The translations under genes were made by a program, and so were the position numbers. A stretch of DNA of 64,000 nt. Source: Macrostomum hystrix (taxonomy: Eukaryota; Animalia; Platyhelminthes). The stretch lies in NCBI GenBank assembly GCA_950097015.1, contig CATNEN010000025.1:5766001-5830000 (forward strand). The letters are read 5' to 3'. Positions 49,704 to 60,498 of this stretch are shown here, piece by piece (position 1 is the stretch's first letter; every line of letters starts with the position of its first letter). Under the pieces are notes generated by a model. That model was not told where the DNA came from, did no database searches, and was given only the letters and a program-made list of their open reading frames with translations.

Positions 49704-50513
49704 TCATCGATGTCGCCGCATTCCATTCAGCAGTCGAACCATTTCGGCTTCAGTCTCGGCTAATTGTCTTTTCAATTGTTCTCGACAGCCGTCGTTGCCA
49801 CCGTTGACACCGTTGTCAAGGCGACCAAGCAGCTGCTGCAGGTCACGCTCGATAGTGGCCAGCGCTGGATTGCCGCCGTTGCTGCTATCCACCTCAGCGC
49901 CAGTCCCGTTGCCATCGTGAGCCTGCTGCCTAGTAACCAGACTAGCTAGTAGACGCTGCTGATGCTGCAAGTCAAACCGCTGCTGACTACAAGAGCCGCC
50001 GCCACCGCCACCAGCAAGCCGCACAAGAGTGAACAATAGAAAGCCTAGTATGGCCATGCTGTACAATGGTAGAACAATGGTTACTATGCTGTTGCCAGGC
50101 ACACCAGCTGATGCCTGCTGCTGCTGTTGATAATGATGCAAAGGCGGTTGAAACACGGGCTGTTGGGATCGCGAAAACTGCCCAGATGCCGCCGCCGCGG
50201 CTGTGACAGCTTCCGCGGCGCTAGCCAATAGTTGGGCCTCATCGGCGGCGGCGGCTGCAGCGGCTTCGCCGACGGGCGCGGATCTGAGCCGGTCGCGCGG
50301 ATGCGCCATAGCGGCCTCGGCGGCCAGTTTAGCCTGGTCTGGCTGGCCCATAGCGGCTAATATTAGCGGATGAAGCAGGCGCGGATAGAGGGCGGCAAAG
50401 CAAAGAGCCGCCAGGCCCAGAGCGGCATAGCCTCTGGCCTGCTGAGAGTGCAGCTGCGCCTGCGGAATTCGGCAAGTCCATTCAGTTTGAGAACAGTCGA
50501 TAAAATTCGAATA
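49704..50513 (-). CDS. RIC3: RIC-3 nicotinic receptor chaperone
   Basis: The frame is open upstream of the ORF-track ATG to the TTAG acceptor at ~50514 and includes ALCFAALYPRLLHPL (RIC-3 N-terminal hydrophobic segment), TM IVTIVLPLYSMAILGFLLFTLVRL, and coiled coil EQLKRQLAETEAEMVRLL. Confidence 0.85.
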   Translation of the reverse strand, partial: YSNFIDCSQTEWTCRIPQAQLHSQQARGYAALGLAALCFAALYPRLLHPLILAAMGQPDQAKLAAEAAMAHPRDRLRSAPVGEAAAAAAADEAQLLASAAEAVTAAAAASGQFSRSQQPVFQPPLHHYQQQQQASAGVPGNSIVTIVLPLYSMAILGFLLFTLVRLAGGGGGGSCSQQRFDLQHQQRLLASLVTRQQAHDGNGTGAEVDSSNGGNPALATIERDLQQLLGRLDNGVNGGNDGCREQLKRQLAETEAEMVRLLNGMRRHR

Positions 50514-51153
50514 CTAACAGGCTAGGTTTTAAAAAACAGCTGAAAGAACTGATCTATTCAAAAAACACCTGGATTTTTAAAGAAGGGGAAATAGAAATGA
50601 AAGTTAAGATTCGAGTAGTTTTCCAGCGTCAATAACAATCGCGCCAGTGGAGGGCGCGGGCACTACGCAGCGAGGGCTCCAGTGTATTTGAGAGCGAGGC
50701 TAATTTCTTTCTTATCTGATTATTTCAACAGCTTTTACACGAATGAATCGCACTAACATCGTACAGCATTGTCAATCATAATCTCACGAAAAAAAGTGGA
50801 ACAGAAAAATATAACTAAGCCCGAGCCCAGAAGAGCAGAACAAAGAATAGATTGTAGATTATGTTTTCTTTTTAGTTCTCTAATTCTAAACTGCAAATTA
50901 CTTTCATTGCTACTCGCGAGTAGACGAAATAGACTATCTATATTTTATTTACTTCATAAAGTGCATTTCGCGCAAAACTATCGTTTAATTAACCCCAATC
51001 GAATTTGTAATAAAACTGCGAGGACAAAGAAACACAAGCACAGTGAGACACAAGCGCGGCGGGAAACACTAGAACAGCAGATTTTTTCACAACAATCAGA
51101 GACCGAGTGCTAATAGTTTAGAATTTCTATCAATTCCATATTCTCAATCATTC

Positions 51154-53677
51154 TTAATTATGAATCGGTCGGTCCAATGCGTCGCCACGCAAGCCGAACT
51201 TCTTCTCGAAGCAATACAGAAGATTGTTGGTGCGCTGGTACAACACCCTGGTCTTCTCTATCACCTGTTGATAAGGCGAGATGTGCTGCGAGCCCATGGT
51301 TACTAGGCCGTGCTTGGAGTCAATCTTGGCGTCTAGGCGAGCATTTCTGATTAGATCGACCAGCCACTTCTCAGCATCCTCCGGGTTCATGTTGAGCTTC
51401 TGAGCCAGCATGTCAATACTGATGACTTGGTGAATGCGGCAGAATGTTTCGAAGATTAAATGACGCGCCGACTCCAGGAATTGGTCCAGCCGGTGGCACA
51501 AGAAGAAGTCGTTGACGATGACGTCTGTGCAGGCCCGCAGCTTGTCCTGGGCGCCGTCGAAATCGAACTGGATGTACAGACACTCCAGGAACTCGGTGAT
51601 TGGGTCGCGGTAAGTGTACGACTCCTGAGTGGCGATGGCGGAGTTTGATAAAATCAATTAGTTGTCAGGCATAAAAATATACACATAACATGACAGTTTT
51701 TGTACGTTCTTAAGGATTATTGGACACAAGCTGAAGGATCACTGGGGTCATTGTGGCATATACTGAAGGATTGAAGAGGGTAGATTCTGAAGGATCATTG
51801 GGGTACATTCTAAAGGATCATTGGGCAGATTCTGAAGAATCATTGGGACAGATTCTGAAGGATCATTGGGCAGATTCTGAAAGATCATTGGGACAGATTC
51901 TGAAGAATCATTGGGACAGATTCTGAAGAATCATTGGGGTGGATTCTGAAGAATCATTGGGGTGGATTCTGACGAATCATTGGGGCAGATTCTGAAGGAT
52001 CATTGAGGCACATTCTGAAGAATCATTGGGGTGGATTCTGAAGAATCATTGGGATAGATACCAAAGGATGATAGGGATATATTCTGAATGATCATGGGGA
52101 TATATTTTAAAGAATCATGGGAATATATTCTGAAGATTCATTGTGGTAGATGCTGGAGGATCATGGTGATACTTATTGATGGATCATTTGCTAGATGCTG
52201 AAGCAAAGAGGCAAGGGCTTCCAAAGCAGTCACATTCTGACCTGCTGAATGACGCGAATGAGGTCGGAGAAGTTGCGCTTCTTGCGGCTGCGGTTCATGA
52301 TGACGCAAACTGCCAGATAGCGCAGCAGATGCGGCGCGAGAGTCTGGATGGCGTTCAGATAGTCTTTGTCCAGGAACATGTCAATCAGCAGCTCGGTGCC
52401 ATCCTTGTCGCCCTCCTTGTAGTTGAAGAAGACGAATAAGGACCAGTGCAGTAGCCAGGTCCGCTGTTGCAGCAGCTGCAGCGGTATCACCCGGTCGCTC
52501 TTCATCATCTCTTTTAGTTCGTCCAGGCAGGCGAGCGCATCCTGAGAAAAAATAATATTCATAAAATCTGTCCCATGCGCAAGATAAGGAGGCTCGGTGG
52601 CAGAGCGGTTAACGTGTTCGCATCTCTCACCAAGGTTCATGAGCTCGATTCCGCGGCGAGGCCGCATTCATTTGGGGCGCAGCCGCGGAGAGAAGGCTTG
52701 CGGGCGTGTCGTGCAATTTACGCCCTTGAGGGCCAACCTCCAAGGCACTGTGAGAGTGTACACTGCCTGACAATGAGAAAGTCAGGGCAGATGTACACAC
52801 CTGTATGAGTGTATGCCTGCGTATGGTATGTGTGCGTGTGTGCTCAGGAGTCAGCGAAATGGGCAGAATTGCCTTCTCGCTGGCAGCGGGTCTAGTGTCA
52901 CTAAATGATGTGCCATCGTCCACAGCCCTGCTGCAATTATTGTGTCTTTATTTGGTTACAAGCACATTATTTGGTGACAGTAGACCCGCAGCCAGCGAGA
53001 AGCCATTCTGTTCATCTGACTCCTGAGAACAAAGGCACACACACACAAGGATAGCGTACGCAAGCACCGAATGATGGCCCTGATGGCCTTCTATACGCGA
53101 CAGCGCACCGAATGAATCCAGCTTAGGCATCTTGGTGCTTGGAGACACCTGCTCTGCCACCCGCACTAATCAATTTCTACTGTTAGTAGAATAAAAATGA
53201 AAATGAAACCTTGAAATTGTCGTTGAGAATCTCGCAGGCCAGCAGGCCCCACATGGCGGACGAGACGCGCGGATCGCTAGCCGGAGCCAACATTCGAAAC
53301 ACTGATAGGAATCCCTTGGCCATGTTGTAATTGCCGATGCTGTACTTGAGACGGGACAGTTCGTACATGTCGTCTAGCATCTCGGGATTGTAGCCGAACT
53401 GGGCGGTCAGGGTGTCGATGAGCTTGGTGTGATCCTTCTCGGAGCGCAGCTTGTTCATATTCTCGGCGTTGAATATGCGCAGTAGGACTTCTTCCTTGTC
53501 GCGAAAGTCGGCGAGCTCTTCAAGGACAGCGGCGCGCTTCTTGTGGTATTCTTCGGGAACTTCTGCTTCCTCGTCCAGTCCGTGCAAGACCAGGTAGGTC
53601 TCAATGATGTAATCGACCATATTGGTTTTTTCCAACAGGTCCAATTTAGCTCGCAGAATGTCATCGCGTGGATAGAT
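51154..53677 (-). CDS. EIF3E: Translation initiation factor eIF3 subunit E (Int6), lacking its first ~30 codons in this window
   Basis: Exons 53677-53210 ([13 protein letters not shown]), 52541-52242 ([31 protein letters not shown]) and 51624-51154 ([36 protein letters not shown]); all phase 0. Confidence 0.97.
51735..52160. repeat. Degenerate 22-23-bp intronic minisatellite
   Basis: GGACAGATTCTGAAG(G/A)ATCATTG-like units. Confidence 0.85.
52591..52930 (+). mobile_element. SINE family B, full-length copy
   Basis: tRNA-like head GGCTCGGTGGCAGAGCGGTTAACG...GAGCTCGATTCCGCGG; body shared with 10678-11005. Confidence 0.88.
52960..53163 (-). mobile_element. SINE family B, older degenerate copy in inverted orientation
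   Basis: The reverse complement contains GGGTGGCAGAGCAGG (head) and CTCAGGAGTCAGATGAACAGAATGGCTTCTCGCTGGCTGCGGGTCTACTGTCACCAAAT (tail). Confidence 0.75.
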
Positions 53678-55111
53678 CTGATTTGGTTGTTTCGAGTATT
53701 AGGGAAGTTAAGTATTTCTTTTTTGGATAAAACTTTTCATTTGACCAATCGCTTTCTATAAAAAAGCATTGAAACAACCATAACTAGACAGACGATTCAC
53801 TGTAATACAAGACTGATATTTTATTTACTAAAAATATGCATTTTGGTATGATTAATTACATGAATAATATTATATAAACTGGCAACCTCTTGACAAACTG
53901 ACACTGAAACTGACAAACTAAGAACAAACAGTCTTTTTATTCTTAACTTTCCACCATTTATGTACAAAAAATACATAATGTTTACATTTTATTGAGGAAT
54001 CACTTCCAGACCCCTTCTACAGTAAACAACCAACCACTCTGATCATCCTACAACTTCTACAAAAACATTTTCAATGAAACCTAGTTAAAGGACAAAATTA
54101 AAACATAGAAAATAGTATGGCTTAAGTAAAATTTAGGCAAATATATTTACATTTGAATGTTTTTAGTTCTATCTTTTCAACCTAAAGGTACAAAAAATCT
54201 TACTGTTGTAGGCTTTCTTCTTTATACTAAAAAATAAATTCTGATGGTCAGAGTGCATTAAAAATTTCACTTTTACATTGAATTCCTCTATCTTTTTTGC
54301 TTAGTCAAGTATAATAAACCAGAAAATAAAACTAATTATAGGTTTTAACAATTTATTATAAACATTCATTAATCTCATTAATATTTAGAAGCAAATTATT
54401 AAACAATAGCATTTTATATTCCTTCATTTAGCAATATGAGAGCCCTATTACTTTTTGTTGCATAATTGTTTAATATCAACAAATTGTCATTACACATCAG
54501 CGTTTAAGACCTCATTTAAGAGCAATAAATATACCTTATAATATTTGGACATAAGCTATTTTTTGTCTTTGGCCAGCTCTGTCATAGAAAAGTGAGTTTG
54601 ATTTAGTCAGCACTTGGCATTTACCTTAGACTGTAGTAAAGAAATGAAATTGATTTAGTCAATCACAAATTAAAACCTTTCCATGACTTGAATAAAGACA
54701 CTGAATTTTATTTAGTCATCATGAGTATATGAATCATATATTAGTATACTGATGCTAAATATATAGTTATACAGTCTTTTCACTAAGACTAATATATATG
54801 AAGGCTTGTCAGAGCTATTGAGCTTTGGTAGTTTTGAATAGCTACAAAACAAAATTTAATGGAAGGTAGTTTTTTATACTTATAAATACCATCAAGCACA
54901 ATTATAAATTGTTATAATAAGGCTACTAGAAAGTTTTCCTTTTAAATTTAAATATAAGTATACATAACAAAAATATGTTTAGCAAAAAATATGTTTGTGC
55001 TATTGACCAGTTTATAATTTTAAATGTTTAAAAAGGCAGTGGCTAGAGATTTAGTACCAGACCCCAATATTAAACAGCTAGAGATCTGGTATTTTTTAAC
55101 CTTAGTAGATA

Positions 55112-55183
55112 AGTCTTTAGCTCAGTCTATAGAAAATGGGACTCCTAATCCCAAGGTTGTGGGTTTGAGCCCTATTTCATGGC
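55112..55183 (+). pseudogene. Degenerate tRNA-Lys(CUU)-like sequence (pseudogene or SINE head)
   Basis: TAGCTCAGTC..TAGA..ATGGGACTCCTAATCCCAAGGTTGTGGGTTTGAGCCC resembles eukaryotic tRNA-Lys-CTT, but has an altered anticodon (CCT), TTTGA in the T-loop and a poor acceptor stem. Confidence 0.6.
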
Positions 55184-56555
55184 AAACTTAGCAAAAAATC
55201 TGACACGATAATATAAACTTCATTAAATTGGGATTACTTTAATTTAAAACCAAGTCAAAGCAATGAAACACTAACTAAAGTTAGTTCCAAAAGTTGCAAA
55301 GTAGTTTTATTTTGCTGATATGTATATCCCGCCTGGATAGCCGATCCAGTTGTTGTCTGGCCGTCGTCCGCATTGGTCCGCGTTTGGTGGTCGATTCCAG
55401 ACAAATGCAGCTTTTTGTCCAGTATTCATCCAGTTTAAGCTGCCGGACAAAGTAGCAGGCCAGTTTCCGGATCAGAGCCGGACAAAGTGGTGATTTTTTT
55501 ACTTAATTGGTCCAGTTTAGTCCAGAATTATATCCGCTTGTTTACCCGGACAAAAACCTGGTGAAGCGTCGGATGACTTTACGGATGACTAGCCGGATGA
55601 ATTGTCACTGTCGTCCGGAAAGTCATCCGCATTTTAATCCGGGCTGTTGCCCGCCTAACAACCGGACGAAGAGCGCATATGTTTCCGGGTGATAGTGGAG
55701 CACGTGGAATTGAATAGTGGAAAATAGCACCTTTCTCCTACTTGTACTCGTATGCCCTCAGTTTGTAACACATGTTCCAGAAACAGCAGCACAACGTGTT
55801 CTATTTCTTATGCTCCAAGTTCTACAGAAAAATATACTTCTCCGTATGACATTTCCCACGTTCTGATTTTGATGGGAGACTTCGATGTTGTTTACTGCCT
55901 TCGCATCTTTTGCATGTGTGCAACACATTAGATAGTACACTATGTTAGATAGGGATCATAGAGGTCTTGGAAACAGCGGGTATTGTTGGACAAAATTGGT
56001 CTCGTCCGAGTTGTTACTGAAATGCAGAAATGCAGAAACATGTCGTCCATTCTATACGTGGATAGATGAATAGGTCACACAGCAGATAGTGCTACAGTGA
56101 ATATGCGCATCTAGACATCATAAACCAACCCAATCTCTTTTAGTACTGCACGACTCGCAAACTGCATGGACAATTCAGATTTACCGCCGCGGTTACAGCG
56201 GAGGCAGTACACGCGAGAGTACATGCAGCAGCGTGCGTTGGCCAATTCAAATAGTCGACAAGACGGTTCGCGATCACCTCTGCGTCCAACCGCAGGAACT
56301 TCTGCAGATGTCGACTCCGGCGAAGTCCAGTCCGGCGGCGCAGGCACCAGTGGGACTGCTGCAGTCGTCGCAGCTGCAAGCGGATCCGCCTCTACATCTA
56401 CAGTATCTCGATCTCGAGATGAGCAGTCTGTATACCTGCCTATAGACAATCCAGAGTCCGACGACGGTGGCGCACAGGCCGATGGCCGCAATGGGGAGCT
56501 CTGACAGCACTTCGGACGGGGATTCTTCCTCTAGTGGTGAGTCCCAGTCAGAGAG

Positions 56556-58620
56556 TTGGCTTATCGTGGATTGTGGATCCGTCCCAATGGCTCATGTTTA
56601 AAACTTTTGCGTTACCTGCACGTTGCACTCACACTGTCCACCGAACACATGCGCACTACGCTCACCACACACAATATATTCCTCCCAGGTTCGCAGTCTG
56701 ATGACGGCCAGAGCACAGACTCTGACAACGACGAGGACGTCCCGGGGTTTCCAGGAGTCAATTGGCACGACGCTCTGCCCGTTTCGCTCGGAGAGGCGAT
56801 TTGTGAGGTCAGCTCCTGCGCGAGGGACCTGAACCTGACAGTTAGCGGGACGACAAGGCTGCTTTCACTACTGCACAGGCTAGTACCCGACAACCGCCTT
56901 CCTCAGCACGGACGAACATTGCGTAAATCTTTGAAGAAGAGGGGAACAATCTCGGGGTCGTCAACATGTTACACTGTCTGCAACGACTGTAATCTACATT
57001 CAGAGCAGCGCTGCGATCCAGGAAACTCTAATTGTGCGCACTGTACGTTGGAAAATGTGGCCAACTTCTGGTTATTCGACATACCTGCGCAGATCCGAAC
57101 ATTCGTTGAATCTCGCGGTCTTCTACAGAGCGTAACATTTCCGATTGAACGGCTTGCACTGGACGAAGAGAAGCTGCACTTTGCTAACAGCGAACTGTAC
57201 AAGTCGTTTCTCGAGAACATCGAACCCGAGACTCGGAGCGACCTTACATACACCATCTGTGCAGACGGATTTCCTCTTTTCAACACTAGCAATGTCGAGG
57301 TGTGCCCCGTCTATCTGAGTATTAACGAAGTGCACGAGCGGCTGAAGCTCCGATTCGTGATGAAGTGTGGCGTGTGGGCCGGCAAGAAAAAGGTCCATGC
57401 CGCCGCCTTTCTGCCAATCGTCGTAAATGCACTGAATACTCTGCGCTTCGATGGTGTACAGTATATCGACAGCCTCGGGGTTCAGCGTCGATTGCATCTG
57501 CATCCGCTAATGGCGCTGTTCGACGCTCCAGCGAGAGCGGACGCTCTGTGCATGAAGCGTTTCTTGGCTATCTACGGATGCGAGAAGTGCTACATCCGGA
57601 CATCATTGCATCCATCAGGCCATGGACGAGTCTACGGCGTTCCTCGCACTGTTCAGCGTCACACTGTCAGGCTTCTCAAGGACATCAGACACATGCGCGG
57701 CCACGAATACGCAATGTGGTTGTTGGCGTTCGCGCCTTTCGTCCTTGATGACTTCCTGCCAGAGGAACACTACTGGCACATTTTAATCCTCTCCACTTGC
57801 ATCTTCTGGATGTCCTTAGAAGGTGCGCCGCGTGCCGAATTGCGCCACGTTGAAATCGGGCTGAGACACTTTCACGCGAACTTGTCGCGCCTTTATTCGC
57901 TGCGATTTGTCATACAACGCCCATCAAGTCTGCTGCCACATGCTGCCGTATGCCATACTGGCAGGTCCTCTGAACCGTCAATCCGCCGGGCTGTTTGAAT
58001 CGATGCATACCAGACTGCGTCGCCAGATTCACGGGTCCCGCCGCACGGATGTGGAAATTGTCGGAGCCGTTGAGCGCGAGCTGGCGGTCATGCAGGCTGA
58101 GGAGCTTCTCCGCGACAACGACCAGCAGCCACGCGCGCGGCACAGAACGACATGCATGCGCGCGGCGTCTGACATTCTACTACGGCGTCCTAACAACATG
58201 GCCCACGGCTGGCGTTCGGCGTCTCTCCCATCAGGGTTGTATTTCGAGGAGTATCTACCGGAGATTGAGACGCGGGCGTCATCTGCCTTTGTAGCCATTG
58301 CCGGATGCCAGCCGACGAGCTTTCAGTTCGGCCGCGTTCTAGCAATCGAGTGCGACAACGATGAGGTGTATGTCAACCTTCACATCCTACCCGTACAGGA
58401 CGCTGTCGTGGACCCACTGGAGGCCTTGTGTGCCGTACATGCCAACTCGGAGAACCGAGGTGCCAGATTTGCGCACATCCGAGGCCTCTTAGTCAATCCA
58501 TTCGGTCCGTTAACACATGAGCGCACCGTTCGAGTTCACGCCACTGCCATCGTTGGGTCGTGCGTCGTTTCGGACACAAAAATATGCGTTATGCCACACC
58601 CGCAGATCGGCTTCCAGTAG
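56556..58620 (+). pseudogene. EnSpm/CMC transposase with an internal in-frame deletion and a frameshift at ~57907
   Basis: C..C..C..C zinc region, ICADGFPLF...PVYLSINE...GVWAGKKK...FL, FDAPAR...YGCEKC, RGHEYAMWLL, then the second frame SYNAHQV.CHM...GPLN..SA..FE. A likely acidic 5' exon at ~56480-56537 splices (GTGAGT...CCCAG) to 56689; ORF 56166-56504 may be its N-terminus. Confidence 0.88.
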
Positions 58621-59253
58621 CTTATTATTAAGTCGTATTAATTAGCTGTCGCTTCTGTTTAATCATCACCGCATCAATAGTATAAGTATAATATCAATGG
58701 AAATGAAAAAAGCGGTCCATGAAAGTAGTGTAAAATTTTCATTTCAAGCACATAATTCCCTTTATAATATTGTGGCGACTGTCGCTTTTTTTGCATGTCG
58801 GACGATTTTGTTTCATCGATGATTCTTGTGTCGCGCTCTCAACTCTTTAGCTAATTTAGAGGCAAATTTGGAATTTGTTTCCTCTCAGCTTGTGATCCCC
58901 CAATACTCGAGTATATAATTGAAGACGTCAGCTGCACTGAAATTGTTCTACTAATCTCATTATCATAATAAATATTTCGTTTCGCAAACATTACACATGA
59001 GGCAGTATAATTTCATGATCACTTAAATTATTATTGATACTGCACGAATGTTGCAGTACTATTTCATACCTTACCGGTTTCCATATTACTGAATGTTTGG
59101 TTTACTTACGTATGTGTATAACTGATTAATTAGAAATACAGTTGTATTTGCCGCTGCACTGTAACTATGTATACGTTTTTCCTCTTTTCTGCAGCCCTCT
59201 TGTACATGCACTAACGGGTTGCAAACGGTTGTTCAAGTAATTGCTTAGCACGT

Positions 59254-59994
59254 ATGAGTACAAAGGGTTCCACCGCCTTACACTGCAGCTACATGTCCCG
59301 GCGCACGGGTCAATTATCCGGGACTCCAGACTGGTCCTTGATTCTGGACGGACTTATCGGCGATGGGGTTGATGACCTACTAGGAGATTCCGTAGATTCG
59401 GAGGTCGAGTCGGACGACACCCACACTACGCTAGGCTCACCCGCCGCCCAGGTAGATTCGGATGTCGACTCGGACGACACCCACACTACGCTAGGCTCAC
59501 CCGCCGCCCAGGTAGATTCGGATGTCGATTCGGACGACACCCTCACTACGCTAGGCTCACCGGTCGCCCATGTCCAGCAGTTGGACAGTCAGGCCTGGGA
59601 CTCGTCTCCACAAGCCGTGGAGTCCGAAGATGCAGTTGCGCAGGAGATCCAGGAATTAGTCCTGTCGCCCTCAGAGCTCCGCCGTCCGACGCCAGTCGCT
59701 AGCAGTACGCAAGTTGACGCAAGTACGCAAGTACGCAAGCAGTACGCTGCTGACTACAATAGGCTTCCGGACGAGCCACCGCCGACGTTCGACTCACGCC
59801 GGCGGTATGACAGGCAGCGCCTTCCTGCGCAAACTTGCCCAGACTGTGAAGCCTGGTACGCCAACCTGCCCGCCGAAGTTCGCGACCAGCGCCTGCAGCG
59901 CCATGGGCGCCATCGGCATCGTCCGATTATCCAGGCGCCAAACTTTTTTCCATCGACATGCCCCCCAGTCCGCCACCACTTCCGGTGGAGCTGA
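59254..59994 (+). CDS. Transposon-borne protein with acidic repeats and a C-terminal Sae2/CtIP-like domain
   Basis: RRRYDRQRLPAQTCPDCEAWYANLPAEVRDQRLQRHGRHRHRPIIQAPNFFPST aligns by eye to CtIP [60 protein letters not shown] (CxxC and RHR motifs). The true 5' end may be spliced (CTGCAG acceptor near 59193). Confidence 0.82.
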   Translation: MSTKGSTALHCSYMSRRTGQLSGTPDWSLILDGLIGDGVDDLLGDSVDSEVESDDTHTTLGSPAAQVDSDVDSDDTHTTLGSPAAQVDSDVDSDDTLTTLGSPVAHVQQLDSQAWDSSPQAVESEDAVAQEIQELVLSPSELRRPTPVASSTQVDASTQVRKQYAADYNRLPDEPPPTFDSRRRYDRQRLPAQTCPDCEAWYANLPAEVRDQRLQRHGRHRHRPIIQAPNFFPSTCPPVRHHFRWS

Positions 59995-60498
59995 TGAGAG
60001 TAGGCAGGCGCCGTATGCGGCCCCTTCGCGGCCTTCCTCCCTATGATGCGCCGAAACCTAAGTCTGCAAAGAAGGATTGAATTGCTTTGGTTTCCCTACC
60101 ATGGTCGCGCCATGGGGACTAGTTGAAATAGGGATGGGGATAGGGATAGGATAGGGATAGGGATAGAAATATTTCCCCACATATGGGGACAGGTGAAATC
60201 GTTTTTTATATTAGAAGAACTGCTGCGCAACTCTTGTTCATATGCTGTTTCATCCTTCCACACTTTTTCTACTTGTGTTGACGATTTCTGTTTAAACTTT
60301 TTAGTTGAATTTGTTTGTGAACAAATACAACAAATCAGTTACAGTGTAGCTATGCGGGTTGCTTGCTGAAGTGCAATGGTGTCGAGGTTGCTGAAGTGCA
60401 AACACATATAAAAGGACCGGCGCTTTTTTGGCTTTGTGATATCCGTCAGTCTTGTTTGTTATTTCATTCCGTCCCGCTGCTAACTCCTTACGAACCCG

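Noticed and set aside
55112-55183. Functional tRNA gene
   Set aside because: The T-loop (TTTGA), D-arm and acceptor stem are degenerate; kept only as a pseudogene
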